From: Terriglobia bacterium
GTDB taxonomy: Bacteria > Acidobacteriota > Terriglobia > Terriglobales > Acidobacteriaceae
NCBI GenBank assembly: GCA_963816865.1
Contig: CAWFMU010000021.1
Span: forward strand, 24,450 to 88,449
DNA: 64,000 nucleotides
Direction: 5' to 3'
Shown: in pieces, positions 49,822-58,715 of the stretch
How positions within the stretch are numbered: the first letter of the stretch is position 1
Layout of the letters: the number at the start of each line of letters is the position of its first letter
Program-made: the position numbers and the translations under genes
Notes under the pieces: model-generated
What the model was told of the DNA's origin: nothing
Seen by the model: only the letters and a program-made list of their open reading frames with translations
Databases searched by the model: none

Positions 49822-52097
49822 AGCTCCCCTCTTGGATTACGTTCAAGCTGCCCAAATGCCGCCAGGGCCGCCTGCCCCAGGCTGATTCCACCATCATTCG
49901 CCGGGACGGCATGGTTCGTCCAAATCTGTACGTTGGCGCTCCCCAGCAAGCCTTTGACATCTTCCAGCAGCAATTCGTTCTGGAAAACGCCTCCGGAAAG
50001 AACCACAATGCTTAGGTCATAGGCCTTGCATGTGGCTGCCAGCGCGGCACATACGCCCCCGGCGAAGCCCCGCTGGAAAGCACGCGCAATCTCCCGTGGA
50101 TTCCGCCCGCGAAGCCGGTCAACAATAATGGAGCGCAGCAACGGCCGAAAATCCAATTCGCGATCCGTGAAAGGAAACTGATACGGCGCCGCGTCGGGCA
50201 CGGTGCGAGCTAGCTGCTCCAGCCACATTGCTGCCTGCCCCTCGAATGTAGCCTCCCGGGTAAAGCCCAGAAGCGCGGCCGCGGTATCGAAAAGCCGCCC
50301 CACTGAAGTCGTCTTAAAGGTCCGCACACCCTTGCGAATTAATTCCAGCGCAGCTTCGTATCGCTCAGGAAAATCGAAAGGTGGCGCGGTCAGGTCCGGC
50401 AATCGATCGAGCTGCTCCAGGAAACCAGCGGCGGCCTGGACCGGATGTTGCGCCGCCGCGTCACCGCCAGCTAAAAACGCACTGCGCAGGTGAGCGACGC
50501 GTTCAAATCCCCCGCGGACACTGCCCACAAAAATCTCTCCGCCCCAAATGCTGCCATCATCGCCGTAACCGGTGCCGTCGAAGCTGACGCCTGCAACCCG
50601 TGTCTCCCACTCGCCCCGCTCCGCCAGCACCGAAGCAATGTGGGCACGATGATGCTGCACCCCAACCAATTGCGGGACATCAAGCGCCATCGCATGGGCG
50701 GTAGACAGATATTGGGGATGAGAGTCGTGCACCACCAGCAGCTCTTCCACCCGCACTTCGTACATAGAAATCAGGTCTTGCACCGTTTCTTGAAATGCGC
50801 GCAACGATTGGTAATCCCCCAAATCGCCGATATGCTGGCTCACGAATGCCTGGCCGTCCACAACCAGAGTGATGGCATTTTTCAGATCGGCGCCAAGCGC
50901 CAAAATAGGCCGCTTCGTCGGAAACGCCGCCACCGCGCCCGGGGCATAGCCGCGGGCCCGGCGCAGAACGGCCGAACCAAACGCCCCCACTCGGACGACG
51001 GAATCGTCAACCCGCCGTGCAATGGGACGTTGGCCGATCAGAAATGCATCAGCAATTCCAGTAAGACGATCAATCGCCTCGTCATCTTCGTATGCGATTG
51101 GTTCACTCGATCGGTTGGCGCTGGTCATTACTAAAATGTCGGGGGCACCCGCTGCGAAAAGAAGGTGATGCAACGGCGTGTAAGGCAGCATCACCCCGAG
51201 TTCATTGTTGTCGGGAGCAACCCCGGCAATAAACACTTTTGCGGGCGCAAGCACGATCGGCCGGGCGCTGGACCTGAGCAAGCCTGCACCTTCCTCGGAA
51301 AGGTCGACTAAGGTCCGTACAACGTTGACGTCCCTCGCCATAAGCGCAAACGGCTTTTCCTTCCGGTACTTGCGTTCGCGCAAGGCCGCCACTGCCAGGG
51401 CATTCCTGGCGTCGCAAGCCAGATGGTATCCGCCGAGCCCTTTCACCGCCAGAATGCTGCCCTGGCTGAGCAACTGCGCCGCTTTGCGGATGCAGGCTTC
51501 GCTGCCATGCGTGTCCCCCGCGGCGGAATGCAGGTAATAGCCGGGTCCACAGCTCCCGCAAGCCACCGGCTGTGCATGAAATCGGCGGTTGCCCGGATCG
51601 TGATACTCCGCATCGCAGTACTCGTCGAGCGGCCAATGCTGCATGGTTGTGTTGGGCCGATCGTACGGCAGACCCAGCACGACCGTGTAACGCGGGCCGC
51701 AGTTGGTGCAGTTGATGTAGGGATACCAGTGGCGCCGGTCTGCTGGATCGAAAAGCTCTTTCAGGCAGTCATCGCACACAGGAAGGTCGGGCGAGATGCG
51801 GACCGTGGGCCGATATTGATGTTGGCTTTCACGAATCGTGAACTCATTCAGTCCGACCGGGAGGGTGCTCTGGATCTCGATTTCAGCAATGCTGGCGGCC
51901 GCGGGCGGCTGCGTTCTCAAGTCCTGAACAAACGCTTGCAGGCCCGGCTCAGCGCCTTCTAGGTAAATCTCGACCCCCTCTTCGCCGTTCAACACCCATC
52001 CCGCAAGCGTGTTAGCGCGCGCCAGACGATACACAAACGGACGGAAGCCGACGCCCTGCACCACCCCACGCACTCGAATGGAGCAAGCGCTGACCAT
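49797..52097 (-). CDS. hypF: carbamoyltransferase HypF
   Basis: ATG 52097. Acylphosphatase domain (IRVRGVVQGVGFRPFVYRLA), two Zn fingers (CDDCLKEL...CTNCGPRYT; CGSCGP), and YrdC-like and Kae1-like domains. Intact. Confidence 0.95.
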   Translation of the reverse strand: MVSACSIRVRGVVQGVGFRPFVYRLARANTLAGWVLNGEEGVEIYLEGAEPGLQAFVQDLRTQPPAAASIAEIEIQSTLPVGLNEFTIRESQHQYRPTVRISPDLPVCDDCLKELFDPADRRHWYPYINCTNCGPRYTVVLGLPYDRPNTTMQHWPLDEYCDAEYHDPGNRRFHAQPVACGSCGPGYYLHSAAGDTHGSEACIRKAAQLLSQGSILAVKGLGGYHLACDARNALAVAALRERKYRKEKPFALMARDVNVVRTLVDLSEEGAGLLRSSARPIVLAPAKVFIAGVAPDNNELGVMLPYTPLHHLLFAAGAPDILVMTSANRSSEPIAYEDDEAIDRLTGIADAFLIGQRPIARRVDDSVVRVGAFGSAVLRRARGYAPGAVAAFPTKRPILALGADLKNAITLVVDGQAFVSQHIGDLGDYQSLRAFQETVQDLISMYEVRVEELLVVHDSHPQYLSTAHAMALDVPQLVGVQHHRAHIASVLAERGEWETRVAGVSFDGTGYGDDGSIWGGEIFVGSVRGGFERVAHLRSAFLAGGDAAAQHPVQAAAGFLEQLDRLPDLTAPPFDFPERYEAALELIRKGVRTFKTTSVGRLFDTAAALLGFTREATFEGQAAMWLEQLARTVPDAAPYQFPFTDRELDFRPLLRSIIVDRLRGRNPREIARAFQRGFAGGVCAALAATCKAYDLSIVVLSGGVFQNELLLEDVKGLLGSANVQIWTNHAVPANDGGISLGQAALAAFGQLERNPRGELCTNSQSQ

Positions 52098-52099
52098 GT

Positions 52100-52336
52100 T
52101 TAATCCATTCCTACGATGCAGCCGTGACCTTGCCAGCCCACCTGAATGACTTTGCCATCCTCGACCAGCACCGGAACGCTGCGCTGCCCTGGGGCCAGAT
52201 CGCTCATGCGATGACGCGCGATCGGGTCCGCCTCGACGTCGTACTCGACGAACTCCGATCCCTTCCACTCCAGCCACTCCCGCATATCCTGCGTATAGGG
52301 ACAGCGGGTCGCGCCAAAGAGCTCAAGCTTGGCCAT
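52100..52336 (-). CDS. glutaredoxin-fold small protein with monothiol CPYT site
   Basis: 78 aa: KLELFGATRCPYTQDMREWL...VPVLVEDGKVIQVGWQGHGCIVG. It overlaps the SIS gene stop, and its own stop lies 2 nt upstream of the hypF start. Confidence 0.7.
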   Translation of the reverse strand: MAKLELFGATRCPYTQDMREWLEWKGSEFVEYDVEADPIARHRMSDLAPGQRSVPVLVEDGKVIQVGWQGHGCIVGMD

Positions 52337-53507
52337 GGCTCAATACCTCCAGGGTTTCGCGAATGATGTGATAGATCGAAGCTTGCACTTCTTGAATACG
52401 CGGAATGTAGTCGCACTGCACAACGACAGGAAAATCCGCCAACCCGCGCCGCTTGATCTCCCCGCCGTCGTACCCCAGCAATGCGACGGTCAAAAGGTTG
52501 CGTTTGCGGGCTTCTTCGAGCGCCATGATGATATTTCGCGATCCGCCGCTGGTAGAAATTGCGACGGCAATATCTTCGGGACGCGCCTGCGCGATGAGCT
52601 GGCGAAGAAAAACCACGTCGGTACCGACATCGTTAGCGATCGCACTGATATTTGCCGGTTCTAGGGCCAACGATACGGCAGGAATAGGACGATAGCCCGC
52701 CGGTGGCATCACGCAGTCGAGCGCCCAATCGTTACAGTCCGTGGCCGAACCGCCATTGCCGAAGAGAATCAGCTTTCCTCCCCGCGCCAGCCGTTCGTGG
52801 ATTGCGATAGCGGTCTTGCTGATCGGTTCGGCCTGTTCTCGCGCCACCTGGGATCGCAGCGCAGAGTCGTCTCGTACTTTCATCTGGATTGAGGCCGCGA
52901 CTTCCGCCAATAAATCACCGGTGTTCTGTTTTTCCTGGCCCAGAAATGGATACAGGAATCCGGCTGCGCCAACATCGTGGCCCAGTTCGCTATGTTCGAG
53001 AAAGACGTGAACACTCTCCCACAGCGTGTGGTAGAGGATCTCAATCATTTCCTGGTGAATGAACGGGTCTTGAGTAAAAGCTTCGACTGCATAGGAGCAA
53101 TCCACTCCAGGCAGCGCAAAAGTAAGCGCATTACGGGCATGGGCAAACTTCAGGGCAGAGCGAACTTCGTCGTCGCCTTGCGGAGGACCGAAGCCCATCA
53201 CGATGTCTTCGGGACGAAGAATGGTTTCCAGCCAGGGCCGGAACATGATGGAGAGATCGAGTGCAGGCAGTGCTCGCTTGCCCACGATGACGGGATGAAC
53301 AAATTCTACGGAAACGTGTTGCGCATCGGTGGCATAGGGCCCACGCCCAAAGGCAAGCAGGCGTCCGCCCGCAAGAAAGCGCTCGGCCATCGAGCGGCAA
53401 GCCTCAGCCAGGCGGGGCGCCTCTTGCGAGAAGAAGCTTTCCACCAGTTGATTACGAACCAGCAACCACTCCCCGACTTGAGTTTCCAGTCCACAGACTG
53501 TCGCCAT
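52323..53507 (-). CDS. tandem SIS-domain (GmhA-like) protein
   Basis: Intact 394 aa. The C-half is canonical GmhA-like (LILFGNGGSATDCNDWA...AISTSGGSRNII...LLTVALLGYDGG). The N-half is degenerate (LLAFGRGPYATDAQHVSVEFVHP). Confidence 0.7.
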   Translation of the reverse strand: MATVCGLETQVGEWLLVRNQLVESFFSQEAPRLAEACRSMAERFLAGGRLLAFGRGPYATDAQHVSVEFVHPVIVGKRALPALDLSIMFRPWLETILRPEDIVMGFGPPQGDDEVRSALKFAHARNALTFALPGVDCSYAVEAFTQDPFIHQEMIEILYHTLWESVHVFLEHSELGHDVGAAGFLYPFLGQEKQNTGDLLAEVAASIQMKVRDDSALRSQVAREQAEPISKTAIAIHERLARGGKLILFGNGGSATDCNDWALDCVMPPAGYRPIPAVSLALEPANISAIANDVGTDVVFLRQLIAQARPEDIAVAISTSGGSRNIIMALEEARKRNLLTVALLGYDGGEIKRRGLADFPVVVQCDYIPRIQEVQASIYHIIRETLEVLSHGQA

Positions 53508-53525
53508 GTGTTGACCTGAGACGTT

Positions 53526-54660
53526 CTAGCAAATTCGCGGCAGCGGATCACCAACCAGCATGTCCACAATGCGGCTGCCTCCATATAGAGTAGTTACAAG
53601 GACGCTCCCGGCAGGCTGCTCGCGCACTTCGCCGATCAGTCGCGCCTCTTCGCCGCCCGAACACAGGTTCAAAGCATTGAGCGCCGCATCCGCGTACTCC
53701 GGAGCCACCACGGCAAGAAACTGGCCTTCATTGGCGATATGCAGCGGATCCAGTCCCAATAACTCACACGCCCCGCGCACTGCATTGCGCACCGGCAGCT
53801 GCTCTTCGATGATCGTAATTCCCAGTCTGCAATCGCGCGCCAGTTCGTTGAGCGAGGTGGCAACCCCGCCGCGGGTGGGGTCGCGCATCCATCGCACTCC
53901 GGGCCCGGCAGCCTTCACCAGTGCCTCGACCAGAGGAAGAACGGAGCGCGTGTCAGAAGAAAGATCAGCCTCGAGGTCGAGCTCGCCCCGCGCCAGCAGG
54001 ATCGTGATGCCGTGATCGCCAATCGGCCCGGAGAGAAGAATTTTGTCACCGGAACGAACCGACCTCGGGATCGAGCGTCACGCCACGCAGCGGCCTCCCA
54101 ATACCCGTGGTCGTGATGTACATGGAATCGGCCTTGCCGTGTTCGACGACCTTGGTGTCGCCGCCCGCGATCTTCACTCCCGCCTTGCGCGCCGCATCGC
54201 CCATGGCGCGGACTTCCGCCTCCAGCACCGGCGTCGGCAGCCCGGCTTCGAGCACGTAGGTAACGACCATGGCTTCCGCCCTCGCGCCCGAAACAGCCAG
54301 ATCATTCACGGTGCCGTTCACAGCCAACTCTCCGATGGAGCCTCCCGGGAAAGTCAGAGGCTTCACCACAAAACTGTCGGTGGTGATTGCGATGCGGGTG
54401 GCGCCAAAATCCAGGTGGGCAGCGTCGCCCAGCGGTTCAGAAGAGGACGCAAAAAGAAGAGGCGCAAAGAGACCTTCTACAAGCCTGCGGCTGGCCTTAC
54501 CTCCCGCGCCGTGAGCCATCTCGATTTGAGGTTCGCGGAAGCGGACCTTGGGCGGAGTATTGATGGCCGGGCTCTCGGCCGCGGCAACGTCTAGGCCACT
54601 GACGCTATGCTGGTTACCATTGCCGTTTTGCGGTGTTCGTAGTTGAAGTACGCTGCGCAT
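53526..54660 (-). CDS. hypE: hydrogenase maturation protein HypE (frame-disrupted as sequenced)
   Basis: AHGAGGKASRRLVE... in ORF 54046-54711. After one net +1 shift near 54055 the body continues (GDKILLSGPIGDHGITILLARGELDLE...VRWMRDPTRGG) to the C-terminal PRIC. The start codon is uncertain (54660 or the ATG of MAHGAGG). Confidence 0.85.
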
Positions 54661-55721
54661 GATCCCTCGGATGAAACCATAAGTGCGCCTACAGGATGCT
54701 CGGGAGTGCACTCATTCCCAAACAGCTTGCATTGATGGGGTTTGAGAACGCCTTTTAACACCTCTCCGCATTGCGCGGCCTTGGGATCGGTCACGCGCAC
54801 GCCGGGAACATCGAAACGCCGCTCCGAGTCCCATTCGGCGTAACTGTCCTTAATGCGCAGAGCCGACTGCGAGATAAACCCGAGACCCCGCCACTCAAAA
54901 TAGGGGCGCAACTCAAAAACCTCTGCCATAGCCTTAAGCGCGGCGCTGTTTCCTTCCCACGGCACCACGCGCTTGTACTGGTTTTCGATTTTAGATTCGG
55001 ACGCCTTGAGCTGGCGCAAGACCATCACGATGGACTGCAGGATATCGAGCGGCTCGAAGCCGGAGACGGCGACAGGCTTGTTCTCATCCTTGGCAATCCA
55101 CTCATAAGGCCGGCAGCCAATCACCGTCGAAACATGACCCGGGCCGATAAATGCGTCAATGCGCATGTCGGGAGAATCGAGAATGGCGCGGATCGCCGGA
55201 ATAATCGTGACATGATTGCAGAACACCGAGAAATTGTGGATGCCCTCCGCCTTGGCTCGCACCAGCGTCAACGCAGTAGACGGAGCCGTGGTCTCGAAAC
55301 CGATGGCAAAGAACATCACATGCTTTTCGGGATTCAGCCGCGCCAGCTTGAGCGCGTCGGAGGGCGAGTACACGATGCGAACGTCCATGCCGCGAGCCTT
55401 GTGTTCAAGCGGGCTGCCCTTCGTTCCCGGAACCCGCATCATGTCGCCAAAGGCGGCGAAGATCACATTAGAGTTCTGAGCGATAGCCAGCCCATCGTCA
55501 ATCCGCCCCATGGGAAGCACGCACACCGGACAACCGGGGCCGTGGATCAATTCAATATTCGACGGAAGCAGGTCTTTCAACCCGAAGCGATAGATGGCAT
55601 GAGTATGTCCGCCGCATACTTCCATGATGCGGTAGTGACGGTTCGGATCAGCAAGCCGGCGGATTTCTTCCGCGGTTCTGGTAATGACCTCCGGTTCGCG
55701 AAACTCGTCAACAAATTTCAT
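54591..55721 (-). CDS. hypD: hydrogenase maturation protein HypD
   Basis: Intact 376 aa: GGHTHAI, HGPGCPVCV, GFETTAPS, GPGHVS, C-terminal Cys cluster. ATGA overlap with hypC. Confidence 0.95.
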   Translation of the reverse strand: MKFVDEFREPEVITRTAEEIRRLADPNRHYRIMEVCGGHTHAIYRFGLKDLLPSNIELIHGPGCPVCVLPMGRIDDGLAIAQNSNVIFAAFGDMMRVPGTKGSPLEHKARGMDVRIVYSPSDALKLARLNPEKHVMFFAIGFETTAPSTALTLVRAKAEGIHNFSVFCNHVTIIPAIRAILDSPDMRIDAFIGPGHVSTVIGCRPYEWIAKDENKPVAVSGFEPLDILQSIVMVLRQLKASESKIENQYKRVVPWEGNSAALKAMAEVFELRPYFEWRGLGFISQSALRIKDSYAEWDSERRFDVPGVRVTDPKAAQCGEVLKGVLKPHQCKLFGNECTPEHPVGALMVSSEGSCAAYFNYEHRKTAMVTSIASVA

Positions 55722-56053
55722 TGGATCAAGCCCTTCGATCCTGATTCGACTGTCTTCGCCGATCCGCTGTCAGCATTCTCCAGTCCGTAGCCCTCGACCT
55801 CTTGCATGGCCGATTCGGCCTCGCCTAATGCTCTGAGCGTCCGCATCTGGTCAATTGCGTCTTCTTCACTAATCTTGCTCATGGCAAAGCCAACGTGAAT
55901 GAGCACCCACTCTCCCGGCTCAGGCATGTCATCCTGCAGCAATCCGAGATCAACCTTGCGGCGTACTCCGACCACATCAATGAGCGCGGTCTTCCGGTGG
56001 TCCGATCCCTCGGAAAAGATCTCAACAATCTGCCCGGGTATGGCTAAGCACAT
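55718..56053 (-). CDS. hypC: hydrogenase assembly chaperone HypC/HupF family
   Basis: The N-terminus MCLAIPGQIVE is diagnostic. It carries a longer acidic C-terminal tail than typical HypC. Confidence 0.9.
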   Translation of the reverse strand: MCLAIPGQIVEIFSEGSDHRKTALIDVVGVRRKVDLGLLQDDMPEPGEWVLIHVGFAMSKISEEDAIDQMRTLRALGEAESAMQEVEGYGLENADSGSAKTVESGSKGLIQ

Positions 56054-56057
56054 GCGC

Positions 56058-56630
56058 TCACACTTTCTTTCGAGCCAGGATGTTGAACGTGAATTTCAGC
56101 TCGTCTTTCACTTTCAACGCACCCCCCGCGACGGAAGCGAGTTTCAGATCATAGTCCGTTTGCAGCAGCGAGAACGTGCCAAAAGCCCGCAACGAATCGG
56201 CAGTCAGCGTCACTCTTGCCGGTACGGCCTGAGGACGGGTTACGCCGTGCATGGTCAAATCGCCATTGAGCGTAACCGTATACTGCCCTTCTCCGGCCTT
56301 GGTGGCGGTCATGCTCGAACACTCGTAAACGATCTCGGGATAGGATGAAGTTTCCAGGATCTCCTGTTGCATCATGCGCTCGATCTCGCTCTTGTCCTTG
56401 TCGGAAATATCATCCTTCACCGACAACGACGCCGCCTGGATGACCACTTTGAGCGAAGCCTGCTCCAGATTGTCGGTGTTCGCTTCGGCCTCCGCCTTGA
56501 AGTCGCGGATGACTATGGTCGGACTGTGACCGAACGCCGACAGCATTCCCCCGGAGAATACCTGCACCGTGAACTGGCTCGCCCTTATGTCCGCGACGTA
56601 TTGAACCCTGGTTTCCGTGGTTGGTCCCAT
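56058..56630 (-). CDS. YceI-like (polyisoprenoid/lipid-binding lipocalin-fold) protein with no signal peptide
   Basis: GGAGAAAA RBS. 190 aa with the YceI hallmarks FTVQVFSGGMLSAFGHSPTI..., GDLTMHGVTRPQAVPARV and KVKDELKFTFNI. The N-terminus MGPTTETRVQYV is not a leader. Confidence 0.7.
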   Translation of the reverse strand: MGPTTETRVQYVADIRASQFTVQVFSGGMLSAFGHSPTIVIRDFKAEAEANTDNLEQASLKVVIQAASLSVKDDISDKDKSEIERMMQQEILETSSYPEIVYECSSMTATKAGEGQYTVTLNGDLTMHGVTRPQAVPARVTLTADSLRAFGTFSLLQTDYDLKLASVAGGALKVKDELKFTFNILARKKV

Positions 56631-56643
56631 TTTTCTCCGGGCC

Positions 56644-56856
56644 TTACATATTCCGCAATTTTAGGTAGCGATCCACGTCAGGCAAAGCCGCCTGCATCAG
56701 ATTGCCGACCCCAAGTTGTCCCAGGTAGCGTCTCACCATGGGGTTGGAGAGGATCAGTCCTGTACCAAACATAATCAAGGCTGCTCCTCCGAGCATGTAC
56801 AACGTGTCCTTGTCAGTTCCGGAGTGGTTCGCGCTTTCAGACAATTCCATGGCCAC
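56644..56856 (-). CDS. 70-aa single-helix membrane mini-protein
   Basis: GTG 56856 lies 6 nt after GAGGAG. There is one hydrophobic helix (LYMLGGAALIMFGTGLILS) followed by an amphipathic tail. It is tightly packed between the protease and YceI genes. Confidence 0.5.
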   Translation of the reverse strand: MAMELSESANHSGTDKDTLYMLGGAALIMFGTGLILSNPMVRRYLGQLGVGNLMQAALPDVDRYLKLRNM

Positions 56857-56868
56857 GGCAGGCTCCTC

Positions 56869-57714
56869 TCACTTTACGTCGTTGATTGTGGAACTACCTT
56901 CATCCCCGCTCAATATCTTCCCGACCAACGCCTCGACTAATCTCACCGCTTCGTCCACCGCGATTTCTATCGGCTCACTCAATCCCATCTGGCCCTCTTC
57001 CGGACCGAGCGTGCCGGGTTCGCATCCGACCAACAGTACTCGTTTCAACGGACCACCCATGGATTGAGCCAGGCGCAGCACGTTCAGCGGATTCATGCTG
57101 TGAGCCTCCACCGCGCCCTCTTCCGGTCCGCCCAGATTCTCCAGGTCCGGCTCAATCACATACAGCGTGCCCGCCGGCTCGCCCCGCGGACAGGCATCAA
57201 CCAGAATGGTGGTGTCATATCCATCCAGCAACGCGTAAGCCAGGTCATAGCCCCGGATGCCGAAGTCAGTCACGCGAACACCCGCTGGCAACTCTCGGCC
57301 CGAAAGGCGCCGCGCGACCTCTACTCCGAAGGCATCGTCCCCAAGAAAAATGTTCCCGATTCCAGCGACCAGGATCCGCGGCTTTGCGGACTGGCTGACT
57401 CCGCCCTCAAACTCTTCGCCCAGAGGTTCGACTTCTTCCGCATCGAAGAAGAAGCGGTGTCCCGGTTGCCGCATCAGGCCGATATCGCGGCCCGGATCGT
57501 CATCCACAACGACACATACGTGAACCTTGCCCTCGTAATCTTGCTCAATCCCCTCAATGACGGCGGTTTTCCCCGCCAGCGCAATATCCATGATGTCGCC
57601 GCGCGGCTTCGGCCGCAGCCGCACGCGACTTCCCTGCTTGACAGTGGTACCGTCAATACACAAGTCGTCTACCGGCTTCTTATCTTCGAGGAGCTGCCAC
57701 TCCCATTCGTTCAT
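56869..57714 (-). CDS. [NiFe]-hydrogenase maturation endopeptidase (HupD/HyaD-like) fused to an N-terminal ~115-aa domain of unknown function
   Basis: The C-terminal 165 aa match the protease: ILVAGIGNIFLGDDAFGVEVARRL...ILVDA...HSMNP. The N-terminal part (MNEWEWQLLEDKKPVDDLCIDGTTVKQGSRVRLRP...PGHRFFFDAEEVEPL) is an extra domain. ATGA overlap upstream. Confidence 0.8.
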   Translation of the reverse strand: MNEWEWQLLEDKKPVDDLCIDGTTVKQGSRVRLRPKPRGDIMDIALAGKTAVIEGIEQDYEGKVHVCVVVDDDPGRDIGLMRQPGHRFFFDAEEVEPLGEEFEGGVSQSAKPRILVAGIGNIFLGDDAFGVEVARRLSGRELPAGVRVTDFGIRGYDLAYALLDGYDTTILVDACPRGEPAGTLYVIEPDLENLGGPEEGAVEAHSMNPLNVLRLAQSMGGPLKRVLLVGCEPGTLGPEEGQMGLSEPIEIAVDEAVRLVEALVGKILSGDEGSSTINDVK

Positions 57715-58715
57715 GGCGTCTCCTCTTCCACCGAACGCAATTCGCGTAGTGTTCCATGGAGCTTCATCAAGTGCTCCATCGGCAGGCTCTCCGTTCGTTC
57801 GAGCATTTTGCGGGCACGCTCATCGGCATGACGCATCTCGTGCTTCTCGGCATCAGTCATGGTCATGATGCGAAGCGCAAGAATTTCGTCAATCTCAGTC
57901 CCATCGAACAAGTCGCCCGGGCTTTCCGGCGCAATTTGCGGGTAGTCATACAAGATGATGGGAGAGGAAAGCATGGTGTCGTGATCGCCCTCAGCCCCGA
58001 CCAATACCGGCCAGGTTCCGACATTCCGGCAACTTCCGGCGAGTTCCGCAAATTCGCCGGGGGGATCGAGCAAAGATACAAAGCGGCCATCCGTCACGCC
58101 CAGGAGAATATGAGCCGACACCAGCGATCGCATGAGGGCCTGATCACGCGATTCTTCGACACCCTCGATCGGGGCCAGGTTTTCGACCAGCACGGTGAGC
58201 TTGAATACTTCATGCCGGACCTCTTCAACCGTGATCCGCACCGCTCCCCGAACAGAGTCCTGGCTGCGGACGATCTGTCCCGCTGGCGGGCTGCCTCCCG
58301 CCGCCAAGTTTTCGACATCCCGTTGCGCTGGAAAGTTGAATGCCCAAAAGACCGGTTTGGACAGCAATGCACTGAGTGTGCAGATCGGAACCGCTACGTC
58401 ACATTCGATCGCTTCCTGCCACGAGCCGCACGCTTCACCGTTTCCATTCGATGCGTGCGATTCAGTGAGGCGTGCCACCAACTTTAGAAACCTGACTTTG
58501 ATCTCAATCGCCGTCAGTGAAGATCCTTCAACCAGGCACTCCGTCTGATTGCTCCAGGCATCCGAACCGGCTTGCGCTTCGCTGTAGGCCCGCGGATAAA
58601 GCACGCCAAAATTAAATCGCTGGCGGTTCTTTACCGACGACGGGCGATAGGGATAGAGCATGTACCCTTCGTAAAGCACGGCGTTGGCAATCGCGTCGAT
58701 GGATTTCGTATTCAT
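57711..58715 (-). CDS. conserved hydrogenase-cluster protein of unknown function
   Basis: Intact 334 aa (MNTKSIDAIANAVLYEGYMLYPYRPSSVKNRQRFNFGVLYP...). ATGA overlaps at both ends tie it translationally to its neighbours. Confidence 0.6.
   Translation of the reverse strand: MNTKSIDAIANAVLYEGYMLYPYRPSSVKNRQRFNFGVLYPRAYSEAQAGSDAWSNQTECLVEGSSLTAIEIKVRFLKLVARLTESHASNGNGEACGSWQEAIECDVAVPICTLSALLSKPVFWAFNFPAQRDVENLAAGGSPPAGQIVRSQDSVRGAVRITVEEVRHEVFKLTVLVENLAPIEGVEESRDQALMRSLVSAHILLGVTDGRFVSLLDPPGEFAELAGSCRNVGTWPVLVGAEGDHDTMLSSPIILYDYPQIAPESPGDLFDGTEIDEILALRIMTMTDAEKHEMRHADERARKMLERTESLPMEHLMKLHGTLRELRSVEEETP

Noticed and set aside
52100-52336. Selenoprotein (Sec-containing glutaredoxin-like) reading
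   Set aside because: The active-site position is a TGC/TGT-type Cys codon in frame (CPYT) with no in-frame TGA. I noticed no SECIS-like hairpin.
54771-55790. 339-aa plus-strand ORF
   Set aside because: It is antisense to the intact hypD gene and has no motifs. It is a shadow ORF.
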